A DNA stretch of 64,000 bases from Octopus vulgaris (lineage: Eukaryota). Position numbers and translations under genes: made by a program. Position 1 is the stretch's first letter. Each line of letters starts with the position of its first letter. Location: positions 218,984,001 to 219,048,000 of the forward strand of contig OX597814.1 in the NCBI GenBank assembly GCA_951406725.2, given 5' to 3'. The notes under the pieces are model-generated. The model was not told where the DNA came from. It did not search any database and saw nothing but the letters and a program-made list of their open reading frames with translations. Positions 24,775 to 37,641 of this stretch are shown here, piece by piece.

Positions 24775-26759
24775 CTGAAACATAAAACATCAATAATATA
24801 ACAATGAGAAAAAAGAATTACTTTTGATCTGTCATTTCAAAATGATGAATATTCAGTACTAGTGGCCTGGGAAAACACCTGGAGATTAATGACTGATGCA
24901 TGTAGTGAAAAAAACCCAAAAAAAACAACCTCACAGTCCAGCCCATGTTGACGTGTGGTGGTTTGTGTACCTTGATGACACTGAGAGCTATGAAAACAGG
25001 GAGCAAGTCCTTGGTAGGGCTTCCAATGCTAGACAGGTTAAAGGATAGTGGCAAGACTAACATGGACCATGCTAATCAAGAAGCCAGGGCCAGTGAAAGA
25101 CTAATATGGACCATGCCTTCCCAGAGGTAAAAATGGATTTGTGTAGGGCCAACACACCTACCAAGAAAAAAGCAAATTTACAGAAGCACTGATGACAATT
25201 CAAAAGTAACAAAACCTGGAAGAATAAGGCCTTTCCTCAGGGAAACATATGGCCAGAAGGGAGGTCCTAAAATACTAAGAGAGAACTGAAAAAAGCAGGG
25301 ATCTCTCTGGAGAGAAGCAGAACAAACAGCCCAGTGTTGAGAACAGTGGAGAAAAGTCATTGATATGACTTCAGTGCACAGAGAAAGTGAAGGCCTTAAG
25401 TAAGTGAAACGGTGTAAATGACCACAAGGTATATTATGTAATTGGATTGTGATCAGTGAAAAGATACCACTGCTGAGAGAAGAGCTTAACTATAGAAGAG
25501 GAAGAACATATGTGTGATGGGGGAAGGTTGTGGCTCAGATTTATCAGATGTGGTGACAAAAGGTTGACAGTGAATACAATATGTCATACTATAAGATTTG
25601 GCCAATTTACACCAGTATGGAAAAATGAAAGTTAAAATAAAGATGATGATAATGATAATGATGGCAGTAACACCACCTCAGCCAGTTATGACTTACTGGT
25701 TCCCCTAACGATATTATATGCTTTTGTATATCAACCATTCAGTTCTATTCATATACAACTCTTACTGTCTTCAAGTTCTCGTACAGGAAGGTGTACGTCT
25801 ATGTATATATCTAATGTAATATCCAGTCTTCTGTAATAACTATGACACGTGATAAATGATGAACAGCCGAAACAAGAAGCTCAACATATTGGTCTTCACT
25901 TATCTTCATAAAATTCCATACATTGGCACAGGTGTAGTTATGTGGATAAGAAGCTTCCTTATCAACAATATGGTCTTGGGTTCAGTCACAGTGCATGGCA
26001 ATTTGGGCTAGTGCCTTCTACAATATCCCCTATGTTATGTGAACGGAATTGGTAGACAGACACTGAAAGAAGCATGTTGTATATATATGTATGCATATGG
26101 ACAAAGTTTTGGGACTTCCAGCTTGTGAATATCCTACATATAATTGCCCATGAGAGAAGCAAGGTTAATTCCAACAGCGTTGAGAGATTGTGCTTGAGAT
26201 TTGTTTATGGACATAGCAAAACTTCTGGAGCTGTTTAAATTCATAGGAGAGGTCAGATGGGATTATGGGATCCGTGGAATGAAGACATCGTCACCCTTAT
26301 ATTTCCCAAGAGAAATGAATTTTGGTGGTAAGGACTAAACTTTATGTTTCATTAACGCAATTAAAAAGCATTTATCTTTAAAAAAAAAGAGGTGGGGGTC
26401 ATAGACGCATGACGGCCGTCTGCCAGCCTCGTCTGGCACCTGTGTCGGTGGCACATAAAAACACCATCTGAGCGTGGCCGTTCGCCAGCCTCGTCTGGCA
26501 CCTGTGTCGGTGGCACATAAAATCACCCACTACACTCTCGGAGTGGTTGGCGTTAGGAAGGGCATCCAGCTGTAGAAACACTGCCAGATCTGACTGGCCT
26601 GGTGCAGCCTTCGGGCTCCCCAGACCCCAGTTGAACCGTCCAACCCATGCTAGCATGGAAAGCGGACGTTAAACGATGATGATGATGATGATGATGTTTG
26701 CTTCTATCAGAACTGTTTACCTTTAAAGTGAAAAAACAAAATCAACAGAAATGACAGGT

Positions 26760-28562
26760 ACGTAAAATATATTTCTGTTTTTGAAAAAAAGTTAAAAAAT
26801 TAGTGACCCCTGCTAGAACTTTCCCTGAGTAATGAAGAACCTACATGCCAAATTTGGTACAGATTGATCCAGCAGTTTAGCCTTGCATAGAGGAAACACA
26901 CACACACACAGTGAATTTTATAGATGCCATGCTTATGCAGAGCAGGTAGAAAAAGAGGTATATCACTCTAACAATGGATAAATTAATGTGGGTCACTCAT
27001 TATCTATTTCGACTTTTCATGGCATAGAAAAGATTAAGAGTGAAGTGGGGAACACATAGATCTGTGTTACTCCTTAACAGAACAATAGGTCATATGCCTA
27101 GGGGAAAATTGTAGATTCAATTTCGAATCTGAGGTAGGACCAATATCCAAGTAGAGATAGTCACATCAGATTTAAATATGAAATATCAAGTATACTCTAG
27201 CTAATGTGAAGGCGCGTGGCTCAGTGGTTAGAGCGTCGAGCTTACGATCGTGAGGTTGTGAGCTCGAATCCCAGACTGGGTTGCGTGTTGTGTTCTTGAG
27301 CAAGACACTTTATTTCACGTTGCTCCAGTTCACTCAGCTGTAGAAATGAGTTGCGATGTCACAGGTGCCAAGCTGTATCGGCCCTTGCCTTTCCCTTGGA
27401 CAACATCGGTGACGTGGAGAGGGGAGGCCGGTATGCATGGGCGACTGCTGGTCTTCCATAAAACAACCTTGCCCAGACTTGTACATCAGAGGGTAACTCT
27501 CTAGGTGCAAACCCATGGTCAGTGTCTGACCGAGGGGGGTCACCACCATGACTCTAGCTAATATTATTAGGTCCATTCCATGAACAATTATTTGAATAAC
27601 TCATGTTGATAACTCATGTTTGGCTGTGCACAGAGGAAACACACACACACAGAGTAAGAATAAAAGTGAAACAATTAGCAAAAGAATAAAAGCGAAACAA
27701 AATTATAGTCTTCCGAACAATTATTTGAGTAACTCAAGTCGATGTCTCAAACTTATGACATGGGAATATTGAACTTCAAAAGTTATAAAGTTTATCTTAT
27801 AAATTAAAAGATATCTTACAGTGTATAAGTGTGTGTCTGTATGAAGACCTTTTGCTATTTAGAAACCTTACTGTTTCTTTTTGTTCAAACCTCGTTTCAT
27901 TATCACAATTAAAAAGCATTTCAGAACCGTTTACCATTAAAGCGATAAAACAAAACTGACATAATTTCCAGACAGCCAAATTTGGTACAGATTGATGCTG
28001 CAGTCTGGCCGTGCATAGAGGAAACAAACACACACACAGTAAGAATAGAAGTGACATAATTTCCAGACAGCCAAATTTGGTACAGATTGATGCTGCAGTC
28101 TGGCCGTGCATAGAGGAAACAAACACACACACAGTAAGAATAGAAGTGAAACAATTAGTGAAAGAAGAAAAATGAAATAATATTATAGTCTTATGAAAAG
28201 TGAAAGAATAAAAGTGAAACTATTATACCACTATAAAAAAAAATCGGAAGGTTCATACAGGGTGAGCTACAGCCTCCTACATGGACAAGGGCTAAAATCT
28301 GAGCCCCCTGTAACCTTCCCCGAGTAATGAAAAACCTTCATGCCAAATTTGGTATTATACCACTGAAAAATAAAAATTGGAAGAGTCGTATAGAGGGGGC
28401 GGGCTACAGTCCCCTATATGGGAAAGGGCCAAAATTTGACCCCACTAGAACTTTTCCTGAGTAACGAAAAACTTTCATGCCAAATTTGGTACAGATTGAG
28501 CAGTTTGGCTGTGCATAGAGGAAACACACACACACACACTGAATTTTATATATATAGATAGA
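26760..28562 (-). mobile_element. Cluster of Helitron/Helentron-like end fragments including a 93-bp tandem duplication (27957-28150)
   Basis: Recurring gccaaatttggtacagattga...gcatagaggaaacacacacac...ttttatatatatagat motif at ~26845, 27620, 27975, 28068, 28478. Confidence 0.5.
27208..27545 (+). mobile_element. Distinct tRNA-derived SINE
   Basis: gaaggcgcgtggctcagtggttagagcgtcg...ctcgaatccc head, cttgagcaagacactt core. Confidence 0.75.
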
Positions 28563-29610
28563 TATCTTTTATCTTTCCCTTGTTTCAGTCATTAGACTGC
28601 AGCCATGCTGGGACATCACCTTGAAGAATTTTTTTGTTGAATGAACCAACATCAGAACTTCTTTTGTTTTTTTTTTTTTAAGTCTGTTACTTTATCAGTC
28701 ACTTTACCGAACCGCTAAATTACAGGGATGCAATCAGTGGTGAGAGACAAATACACACACACACACACACATATACAACGGGCTTCTTTCAGTTTCCATC
28801 TGCCAAATCCATTCACAAGGTTTTGGTTAGCCTGAAATCCTCATCATCATTTCAATATCCATTTTCCATGCTTTCTTGCATGGGTCACATGGTATACCTT
28901 AAATTTAACTGGAGAAATCTCAAAGTTATTAGCTTGAATTTTGCTTCAGAACTCTACCCACGTTTTTATATATAAAAATTCGATTCAGAGATTTGATCAC
29001 TGACTATGATCAAATCTAAGACAGATGAAATCATATCGGTAGTAATACAGGACATATTATAAAGAAGAAACATATCACCAAAAGGATTTTGTATGATGGT
29101 CGAAATGATATGAATATTGATGTAAACTGCCCTAATATTAAGAAATAGATCCAAATGCATTGATTAGATAATCATTTAAGCTACATAACTAGCAGGTGGA
29201 ATAACAATTGTTATGCTAAATTTGCAGAGAAATATCAAAGAGAAAGAGTGAGTGAGAGTGTGTGGGTGGGTGAGAGATGGAAATGCAAAGATCAATTTCA
29301 AATCATTCTGGTGGATTTTATAGTTAAAAAAAAAAATGAGCTGGATCAGAGAAACCTTTCTTCCTCTTTCTCAATGCCAGCTGCAATAGTGGAGTTAACA
29401 GCATGGGATAAAGATCGCAATCTGCTCTCATGACTTGCTGAAAGTAGTTAAATTTTTTTTACCTAGCTGATATGATCAATACTGCGGCTGGTGCTAGATA
29501 CAGCCTAATGGCTCAGGATTGGAAGTGAGTGGGAGAAGACCCAAGAAGCAATTTATTTCTCATGTGAAAGGCATATATGAAAAGTGTAATGTTCTCATCA
29601 TCACTATGGA

Positions 29611-29995
29611 TGGAAGCACTCCGTCGGTTACGACGACGAGGGTTCCGGTTGATCCGAATCAACGGAACAGCCTGCTCGTGAAATTAACGTGTAAGTGGCT
29701 GAGCACTCCACAGACACGTGTACCCTTAACGTAGTTCTCGGGGATATTCAGCGTGACACAGAGAGTGACAAGGCCGGCCCTTTTGAAATACAAGGTACAA
29801 CAGAAACAGGAAGTAAGAGTGAGAGAAAGTTGTGGTGAAAGAGTACAGCAGGGATCACCACCATCCCCTGCCGGAGCTTCGTGGAGCTTTAGGTGTTTTC
29901 GCTCAATAAACACTCACAATGCCCGGTCTGGGAATCGAAACCGCGATCCTATGACCGCGAGTCCGCTGCCCTAACCACTGGGCCATTGTGCCTCC
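29611..29995 (-). mobile_element. tRNA-derived SINE family A, full length
   Basis: Same sequence as other copies. Confidence 0.9.
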
Positions 29996-30369
29996 CATCA
30001 TTGCTATAAAAGCCTATTGTCTCTGAAGGTTGTAGATGCAGAGAATAAGGTAGAACATTCCAGATTCATCTTTCTAGTATATTTGAACTGAAATCCTACA
30101 TGATGCTGCATCATCACGATGCATTCCAATTGGAAAATAATTTGGTGATGCCATTCCCTATTTCAGTTCTTTTATTCTTTTTTTTTTTTACTGGTTTCAG
30201 TAATCTGACAGCACCCATGCTGGAGCACCACCTTGAGGGGTTTTTAGTCAAAGAAATCAACCTCAGGACTTATTCTATCAGTGTCTCATGCCAAACCGCT
30301 AAGTTACGGGGACATAAACACACCAAGATCAATTGTCAAGTGACGGTGTGGGGAGACAAACACAAACAC

Positions 30370-30411
<42 letters not shown>

Positions 30412-30549
30412 GATGAGTACAGCGAAAATTTAGATTTAGATGAATATGGTACTTAAGTTGAGGCACCAAAATTTAGTACGGTATTATCAATACAATTTCA
30501 AAATGGGGTGATTAAAATCAAAATAAGCAACAAGGATATCCAGAGGTAA

Positions 30550-30636
30550 TGCAGTACGATCGTTTCATGCAACTCCATTTAATTGAACAATGCAATCATT
30601 ACATCAATTGAAAATGCAGAGCCATCTTCAGCTGCA
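30550..30636 (-). ncRNA. Type I hammerhead ribozyme, intact core
   Basis: UGCAG-CUGAAGA-[58 nt, imperfect stem II]-GAAAC-GAUC-GUA-CUGCA; perfect 5-bp stem I, palindromic ACGAUCGU. Confidence 0.75.
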
Positions 30637-31224
30637 CAAAGACATAGAATTTAATTAAATCAGAACAGATGGACAGATTAGTATAATTATACCTAAAAAT
30701 GGAGATTTTAGTATAACAGTCAATTTCAGCCAACAGGATAACATGGTATGATAAGCCTCATAACGGCTTAAAAAAGGAAGACGAATGTCAAGTGAGGCAG
30801 TGGGCATAAGGATTCTGAGTTGCTAAAAAACAAAACCCAGTAGTCATAATGGCTAAGAAATTGAACAAGTAATCTTCAGATGCAGCTGACAGAATGAGAA
30901 GCTTGACAGGACATTGTTAATGGTTCAACATCTTCAGAGCAATTAGCGAATTAAAATTTGAAATAAAAATATTAAAAGAGAAAGTGAGAGACTTTGCAAA
31001 TGAAAATGAAGTACTCTGCAGTGAATGCAACGAATATTTAAATTTGTGAGAAATTGGAGTTAAAAGATTCAATAGACTTGAGAAATCAAAAATCAAAGGA
31101 AATTTCTTAGAACATGAATTCATAAAAATATTTCCAGACGGTCAACTCTTTGATAATTGCTTTCTTTTAGAACTTTTAGTAATTGGTACACACCTAATTA
31201 ATAAGCAGCTTTCTCCATTATAGA

Positions 31225-31695
31225 ATAGATTCCCGGCTGAATTCGGACCCACAATCCTGAAATTTTAGATTCCCAAGTTTACATTACTGCGATTGTTTAT
31301 GGTGATTTTTTTACGTGATTTTTTGCAACAAATTTTTTTGTACAATAACAATTTTTATAATCTAAAGGCTGACTCCCTGATTAAATTAAAAGCATTCCAA
31401 GCCGAATCTGGACTTGCAATCCTGAAGTTTTGGATTCCCAAGTTTTCAATACTGCGACTGTTCCCAGTGATTTTTTTTTTTACGTGACCTTTTGCGATGA
31501 ATTTTTTTGTACAATAACAATTTTTATAATCTAAAGGCTGACTCTGTGAGTAAATTAAAAACATTCCTGGCCAAATCTGGACCTGCAATCCTGAAATTTT
31601 GGATTCCCAAGTTTTCATTACTCTGATTGTTTTTGGTGATTTTTTACGTGATTTTTTGCAACAAACTTTTTTGTACGATAACAATTTTTATAACT
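31225..31695. repeat. ~155-bp tandem repeat, ~3 copies, adjacent to exon 2 donor
   Basis: caatcctgaa.tttt.gattcccaagttt ... tacaataacaatttttataa repeated three times. Confidence 0.85.
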
Positions 31696-31782
31696 TGGAA
31701 ATGAATTTTGGAAATAATTGAAATTGATTGCAAAATCCAGCAGGTAAAAAAGTAAAAGTTGAATCACTAAAAATGAACTTAC

Positions 31783-31880
31783 ATCCTCTGTTTCTGGTAT
31801 TTGTATTTTCTGTTCAAAATATGTAGATCTCGTAGGGGTATTGTTTCTCGTATCATCATGTGTATTTTCCTCGTCATTAT
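31783..31880 (-). CDS. SLC11A2: NRAMP/SLC11 coding exon 2 (cytosolic N-terminus)
   Basis: (D)NDEENTHDDTRNNTPTRSTYFEQKIQIPETED resembles DMT1 TYFNEKISIPEEE; poly-T tract plus caag acceptor, gtaagt donor; 98 nt, phase 1-0 joining exon 3 in frame. Confidence 0.92.
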
Positions 31881-33029
31881 CTTGAAATAAAAAAAAAAAT
31901 CAAGAAATTTCATTAAAAAAAAGTCAAATTTGGGATCCAGTTCAAAAACAAAGGTTTTACAGTTTATTTTGTAGTATTCAAATATCTAAGACAAAGCACC
32001 AATTAGTGTATGTGCATGTATTTGCAGGTGGAATATGGTAACAATGCAGGTGTGCCACATGTAAATTGTCCAAATGTACAAAACAATAAAAAACACAAGT
32101 TCTACCCAGAGGATTTGAACTCTAGAGTTACAAATTAGTAGCCCAATGCTCTATAGACTCCATCACTTCATTTCTATATCAGTTCAGTGAAACCTGAGCT
32201 ATTTACCAATTCATAAGTCCTCTTAGGAAAACATTTACATTTTGAGAGTAGAGTTGTTAGTGATACAAACAGTATGAGGACAGAGTAAAAGAATTCTAGT
32301 GAAGTTGAATAAAATGACACAGAATTAAGGTGAGATGGATTGCAGAGAACCCAAACCCATACAAGAGCAAAAACTATTAAGTGTTAAAATGACAATGACA
32401 CTCATCATCAGGAGTAGCAAAGAGACATCATCATCATCATCATCATCATCATCGTTTAACGTCCGTTCTCCATGCTAGCATGGGTTGGACGGTTCGACCG
32501 GGGATCTGAGAAGCCAGAAGGCTGCACCAGGCTCCGGTCTTATCTGGCAATGTTTCTACAGCTGGATGCCCTTCCTAACGCCAACCACTCCGTGAGTGTA
32601 GTGGGTGCTTTTTACGTGCCACCTGCACAGGTGCCAGGCGAGGCTGGCAATGGCCATGGTCGGATTGGTGCATTTTACGTGCCACCTGCACGGAAGCCAG
32701 TCGAGGCGGCACTGGCTTAAAAATAGTAAAACTCCAAAATCTTTCTAATTCTGGCACAAGGCCAACAATTTTGAGAGAAGGGGTTAATCGATTACATCAT
32801 CCGCAGTGCACAACTAGTACTTATTTTATCAACCCAAAATGATGAAAAGCCAAGCCTAACAGTGTCCATTTTCCTAAGAATACTTAGTTTCATTCCTTTA
32901 CATTTTAAGTTCAAATCTATTCCTGTCAACTCTATCTTTCATTCTTCTGGGATAAAATAGGTACAAGCATTGGGATTGTGTGGGTAAAATAAATGAAAAA
33001 TAACAGGCAATGACAGTACAGTTCAATAG

Positions 33030-33115
33030 ATGCTACATATGTTTCAATAGCATTGCAGTTTATTCACAATCAGTGTATTACATAGTCCAAAATCACCAGC
33101 CATCTCTTCAGGCAT
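33030..33115 (-). ncRNA. Type I hammerhead ribozyme, intact core
   Basis: AUGC-CUGAAGA-GAUGGC[47 nt]GCUAUU-GAAAC-AUAU-GUA-GCAU; palindromic ACAUAUGU; inverted partial copy at ~33162-33235. Confidence 0.75.
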
Positions 33116-33235
33116 TTTGAACCATCAGGAAAAGAAATCAGTTTCATTTTCCTCATGGCTTGCAAATGCCTGAAGAAATGGCAAATGATATTAGCTTATG
33201 TATTAAAGGTTGTGAATAAATTGCCATGTTATTCG

Positions 33236-33429
33236 TTTCTTTGTTTCAGTCATTTGACTGCGGCCATGCTGGAGCACCACTTTTAGTCAAGCAAATCGAC
33301 CCCAGGACTTATTCTTTGTAAGCCTAGTACTTATTCTATCAGTCTCTTTTGCCAAACTGTTAAGTTACAGGGATGTAAACACACCAGTATCGGTTGTCAA
33401 GCGATGTTGGAGGGACAAACACAGACGCC

Positions 33430-33471
<42 letters not shown>

Positions 33472-33652
33472 TACATACATACATACATACATACATACAC
33501 GACGGGCTTCTTTCAGTTTCCGTCTACCAAATCCACTCCCAAGGCTTTGGTTGGCCCGAGGCTATAGTAGAAGACACTTGCCCAAGGTGCCATGCAGTGG
33601 GACTGAACCCGGAACCATGTGGTTGGCAAGCAAGCTACTTACCACAGCCACT
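33236..33652 (-). mobile_element. SINE family C, near full length
   Basis: Reverse complement of family C; truncates the inverted arm of the 33030 hammerhead element. Confidence 0.88.
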
Positions 33653-34030
33653 CAGCATTTTTTGAATTGCCATTGTCCATCATCATAAATCATATTTCTT
33701 CACCTGTGACATATGAAGCTGATGTTGCTACAGGGATTGGAATTGTGAACTACCTCATATCATTAAGCAATTGTAATTACCCTAATTAATCTTGTGATTG
33801 GACAATAAAACAGAACATTAATCTATTAGCATTCCAGCAGTGTACACCACCAGTAAACTGCATGCTAGACACTACCAAGCTGATAACCATGAGTAGTAAG
33901 ATTCAAACCAAAGGATGGAAGACATGGGATGAAGTATCGAAGAACGACCTCAGGACACTGAACTTTGCAGGCGAGATGACAAAGGATTGAGATGCCAGTC
34001 AGATTTACAAAAATAAAAACTTATTTACAA

Positions 34031-34425
34031 CTAGCAGTATCGCCCGGCATTGCTCGGGTTTGTAAGGGAAATAACTATATAAGCATTTTTAGAGATGTAA
34101 AGTATAATAGCCATCTCAATATGGCTAACCACAAAGGGGGGGGTTACTGTAGCTTTTTACGTTCTGAGATTTAATAATAAATTTTTAGAGAGTTACTTCC
34201 CTTATATATGCCAAAAATGCATTAAAAATGGGAAAAATTGATGGTAATTTTTTTTTTTAATCATAGACTCATTGTAGACGTGCGCTAATACCCAGAAGGG
34301 CTCGATATGAATCACGACTATAAGATACCCGGTTTTGGTTAAACTGCACCGCAAAATGTGGGAGTAGTTAGGAATCTAAATCGTAGGAGACAGACAGCAC
34401 ACAACCTCACTTTTATATATATAGA
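34031..34425 (-). mobile_element. Non-autonomous Helitron (~390 bp family)
   Basis: a|CTAG...hairpin...tatatataGA|t; near-identical to 5798-6186. Confidence 0.85.
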
Positions 34426-34469
34426 TAATAATGCAGTAAAACTAGACTTCCAAATGTTCCAAAAGAAAA

Positions 34470-35235
34470 TTATGGAAGACATACCCAGAGTGAAAGGTAG
34501 ACTGTATGATGCTTGAGTGCAAACAGCTATAACAGTAAAAAAAATGAGCTGTGACTGCAGAGGACATACGTAGGCTTTGAAAGAAATGAAGCTGGTATGC
34601 TTCGCTTGATATGCAATGTCAGTGTGTATGTGTACAACAGAGTGTAAACATCATGAGAGAAAAGTTGAGCATAAAAGGCATCAACTGTGGTGTGCAAGAG
34701 AGACAACTGCACTGGAATGGTAATGTGATGCATATGGACAAGGACAGCCGTGTAAAGAAGTGCCGATCTCTAACTGTGAAGGGGACCTGTGGAAGAGATA
34801 GACCCAGGAAGACATGGGATGAGGTGGTGAAGCATGGGCCTCATGGAGGCAATGACTAGTGACCAAGACCTTTGGGGATATGCTGTGCTTGAGAAGTCCC
34901 GTCAAGGCAAGTGAAATTGTAGGCAAGGAAGATACTGATGGCATGTAATTGGCACCTGTGCCAGTGGCACGTAAAAAGCACCTTTCAAGCCTTGGGCCTC
35001 AGAGAGGTAATGACAAATGACCAAGACCTTTGACAATATGCTGTGCTTGAGTAGAAGACCCACCAAGCCAAGTGAAATCATAATCATGGCAGATACTGGT
35101 GTATCCTCTCAGAGTGGTTAGTGTTAGGAAGGGCATCCAGCCAAATCAGACTGGGGTCAGGTGTAGTCCCTCAGCTTACCAGCCCTGGTCAAACCGTCCA
35201 ACCCATGTCGGTATGGACATGATAATGATGATGAT
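34470..35235 (+). mobile_element. Decayed RTE LINE fragment with 3' tail
   Basis: REKLSIKGINCGVQERQLHW..VMHM...GRDRPRKTWDEVV; (GAT)n tail. Confidence 0.8.
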
Positions 35236-37100
35236 GTGCCAGAAAGTTGTAAAAAAACAAAACTTCATATCCCTCTTGATTATGGTTCTCCCACATACAT
35301 ATTAACCCTTTTTGTTACCATATTTCTGATGAAATATACTGCTTTTGCCTCAATTAATTTAGAAATTAATGAAGAATTTAGTAAAATAAGATAATGTTTG
35401 GAATATAGATTAACATATTTTGATGGAAAATTTCAAATGAAGGAGCAGTCAAAGGTGAGATGATACCAAAAGGGTCAATGTCTTTGGTAATAACTACTAT
35501 CTCATTATCTTTTTTGTTCTTGTCTTCAAAAACCAAAGTTTTGAGTGTAACAATGGACATAATAATTTTACAAAGTAAGTGTAATTTAAAAGATATTAAA
35601 GTTAGCATCCCTGGGGTAAGATTTAGATGGTATGGTTATAGCTCCTGAGGTCTATATGCCTCTGAAGGTCCATATGCCTCAGGGGGTCCATAATAAAATT
35701 TTGTGTCAAAATTTGTGTGCTATAATTGCTTAGGCTTCTAAAAATACACTTTCTAATAATATTCAATCATATCCGTTTCAGCACACGATCTCAGATCAAA
35801 TCACTTGCTATGCGAGTACATCTTCGGTTATATATTGAAAACAGATAAAAGATAACTGGATTAATTCCACTACTATGGGGTGGTAACCTAAATAAATAGG
35901 CTAAAGAGGTTTGATGTGAAAGTTCAGAGTTAACAAATGACAGCTGATTCTAAAGAAATTGCCCCATGCAGAATAATCTATAGAGAGAAATACGCTTTAT
36001 AGTATTTCCCAAACCATTTTATAATGGAAAGAAGAAAAAAGTGAAATAACTGAATATCTTTTAATCATCACTTATACATCATTGTTTTTACACCCAACCT
36101 TTCATACTGGGTTGAGTCAGGGGGTATATTTTGATGCTGTTCCTGATACACCCACCTTTAGTTGTCTCTTATGACAAACATAGACAAAATGTATTTATCC
36201 TAAAAAACAGGATACAGACTGTTCACTGAAGACCAGAATATACGTGTAAAGGGAACTGGAATACAGTTAATAAACAGGAATACATATGGATATCATATTA
36301 AGCAACTCTTAACTATATCTTTGAGGAATTTAAAAAGGACAAAAACTACCTGATATATGATAATCACATGTAGAGTTGGTTTCAAGGATCACATGTAGAT
36401 ATGCAATCAGTCTATTGGTTTAAAAGTCACAAAAAAATCAACTTTTCAACTAAATAACATGTAAACAAAGCAACATCTTATCTCAAGGATTACAAAGCAG
36501 GTATCATGTTTACAGCCTCAGAATCACAAGTTTATATCATATCTTAGGCTTAACACTGTGTCTTTGGTCAAAAGAAAACTGAATATTAGCAGGATGTAAA
36601 AGCTAGAGCTAAGACTGCCTTCATTTCCTTAACCTTTCAGTGTTTAAACTGGCCATATCTGGCTCAAATACTCCAGCTGCTGGCTAGATTCAACCTCTTA
36701 CACCTACCCTACAATGTCATCCTAAAACTAAACAAATACACCACTGAAGTTGCAAAGCTACAAGATTATGTATGATTAATTCAAAACAATCATCATCATC
36801 ATTTAGCATCCGTTTTCCATGCTAGCATGGGTTGGACGGTTTAACTGGGGTCTGTGAAGCCGGAAGGCTTCATCAGGCCCAGTCAGATTTGGCAGTGTTT
36901 CTACGGCTGGATGCCCTTCCTAACGCCAACCACTCCGTGAGTGTAGTGGGTGCTTTTTACATGCCACCCGTACAGGTACCAGGTGAGGCTGGCAACGGAC
37001 AAGAGCGGATGGTGCTTTTACGTGCTACCGGCACGGGGGCCAGGCGAGAATAAAAAAGCATTACATTTGACAGAGTAATCTGAATATTTAAAACCATGTC

Positions 37101-37341
37101 ACTGGTTTCTCATTCATCTTTTGCCTATGGAACCCTTTGATTCCTATTTTACTTGGGTGAACCCTTATAACCATTTGATGCTAACAAAAATCTTATATTT
37201 TTATGATTGAATATTATTAGAAAGTGTATTTTTAGAAGCCTAAGCAATTATAGCACACAAATTTTGACACAAAATTTTATTATGGACCCCCTGGGGCATA
37301 TGGACCCCAGGGGCTACATGGACTCCTATTCAGAACCACTG
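37101..37341. mobile_element. Degenerate hAT-like MITE
   Basis: ctggtttctca ... cagaaccactg ends with internal tatggacccc motifs. Confidence 0.5.
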
Positions 37342-37352
37342 TTTTACATTAA

Positions 37353-37572
37353 CCCTTTAGCATCCAGAATACTTTCTCATATGTAATGCTTATTCATTCA
37401 TATTGTTTTTAATTAATTATGAATTATTTCATAGTTTTGAGATTTCAATGATAGGATTGTTTATTTTTAGAGTGACATTGAAGGGTAGGTGTGATAAGTT
37501 AAGATCTGGATGGTTTGAACATAAAACAAGGTGTTATGGGTTAGGGTTAGGGTTAGTTTCAATGCTAAAGGG
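37353..37572. mobile_element. piggyBac-like MITE
   Basis: TTAA|CCCTTTAGCAT ... ATGCTAAAGGG|TTGA; related ends at ~3612, 35303, 36630, 45030. Confidence 0.65.
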
Positions 37573-37641
37573 TTGAAGTACACTTGTCTCAAACATTCAT
37601 AATTTGTTCCTATTCTTTGCCACTCCTCAGTGCTTTCCCAT

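Noticed and set aside
25766-25810. 45-nt AG...GT-bounded candidate cassette exon on the minus strand between exons 2 and 3
   Set aside because: The intron is phase 0 and in that frame it reads ATA TAT ACA TAG (stop); exons 2 and 3 already join into a DMT1-like sequence
35378-35608. 76-aa minus ORF as a possible NRAMP exon
   Set aside because: No similarity to NRAMP and no compatible splice sites identified
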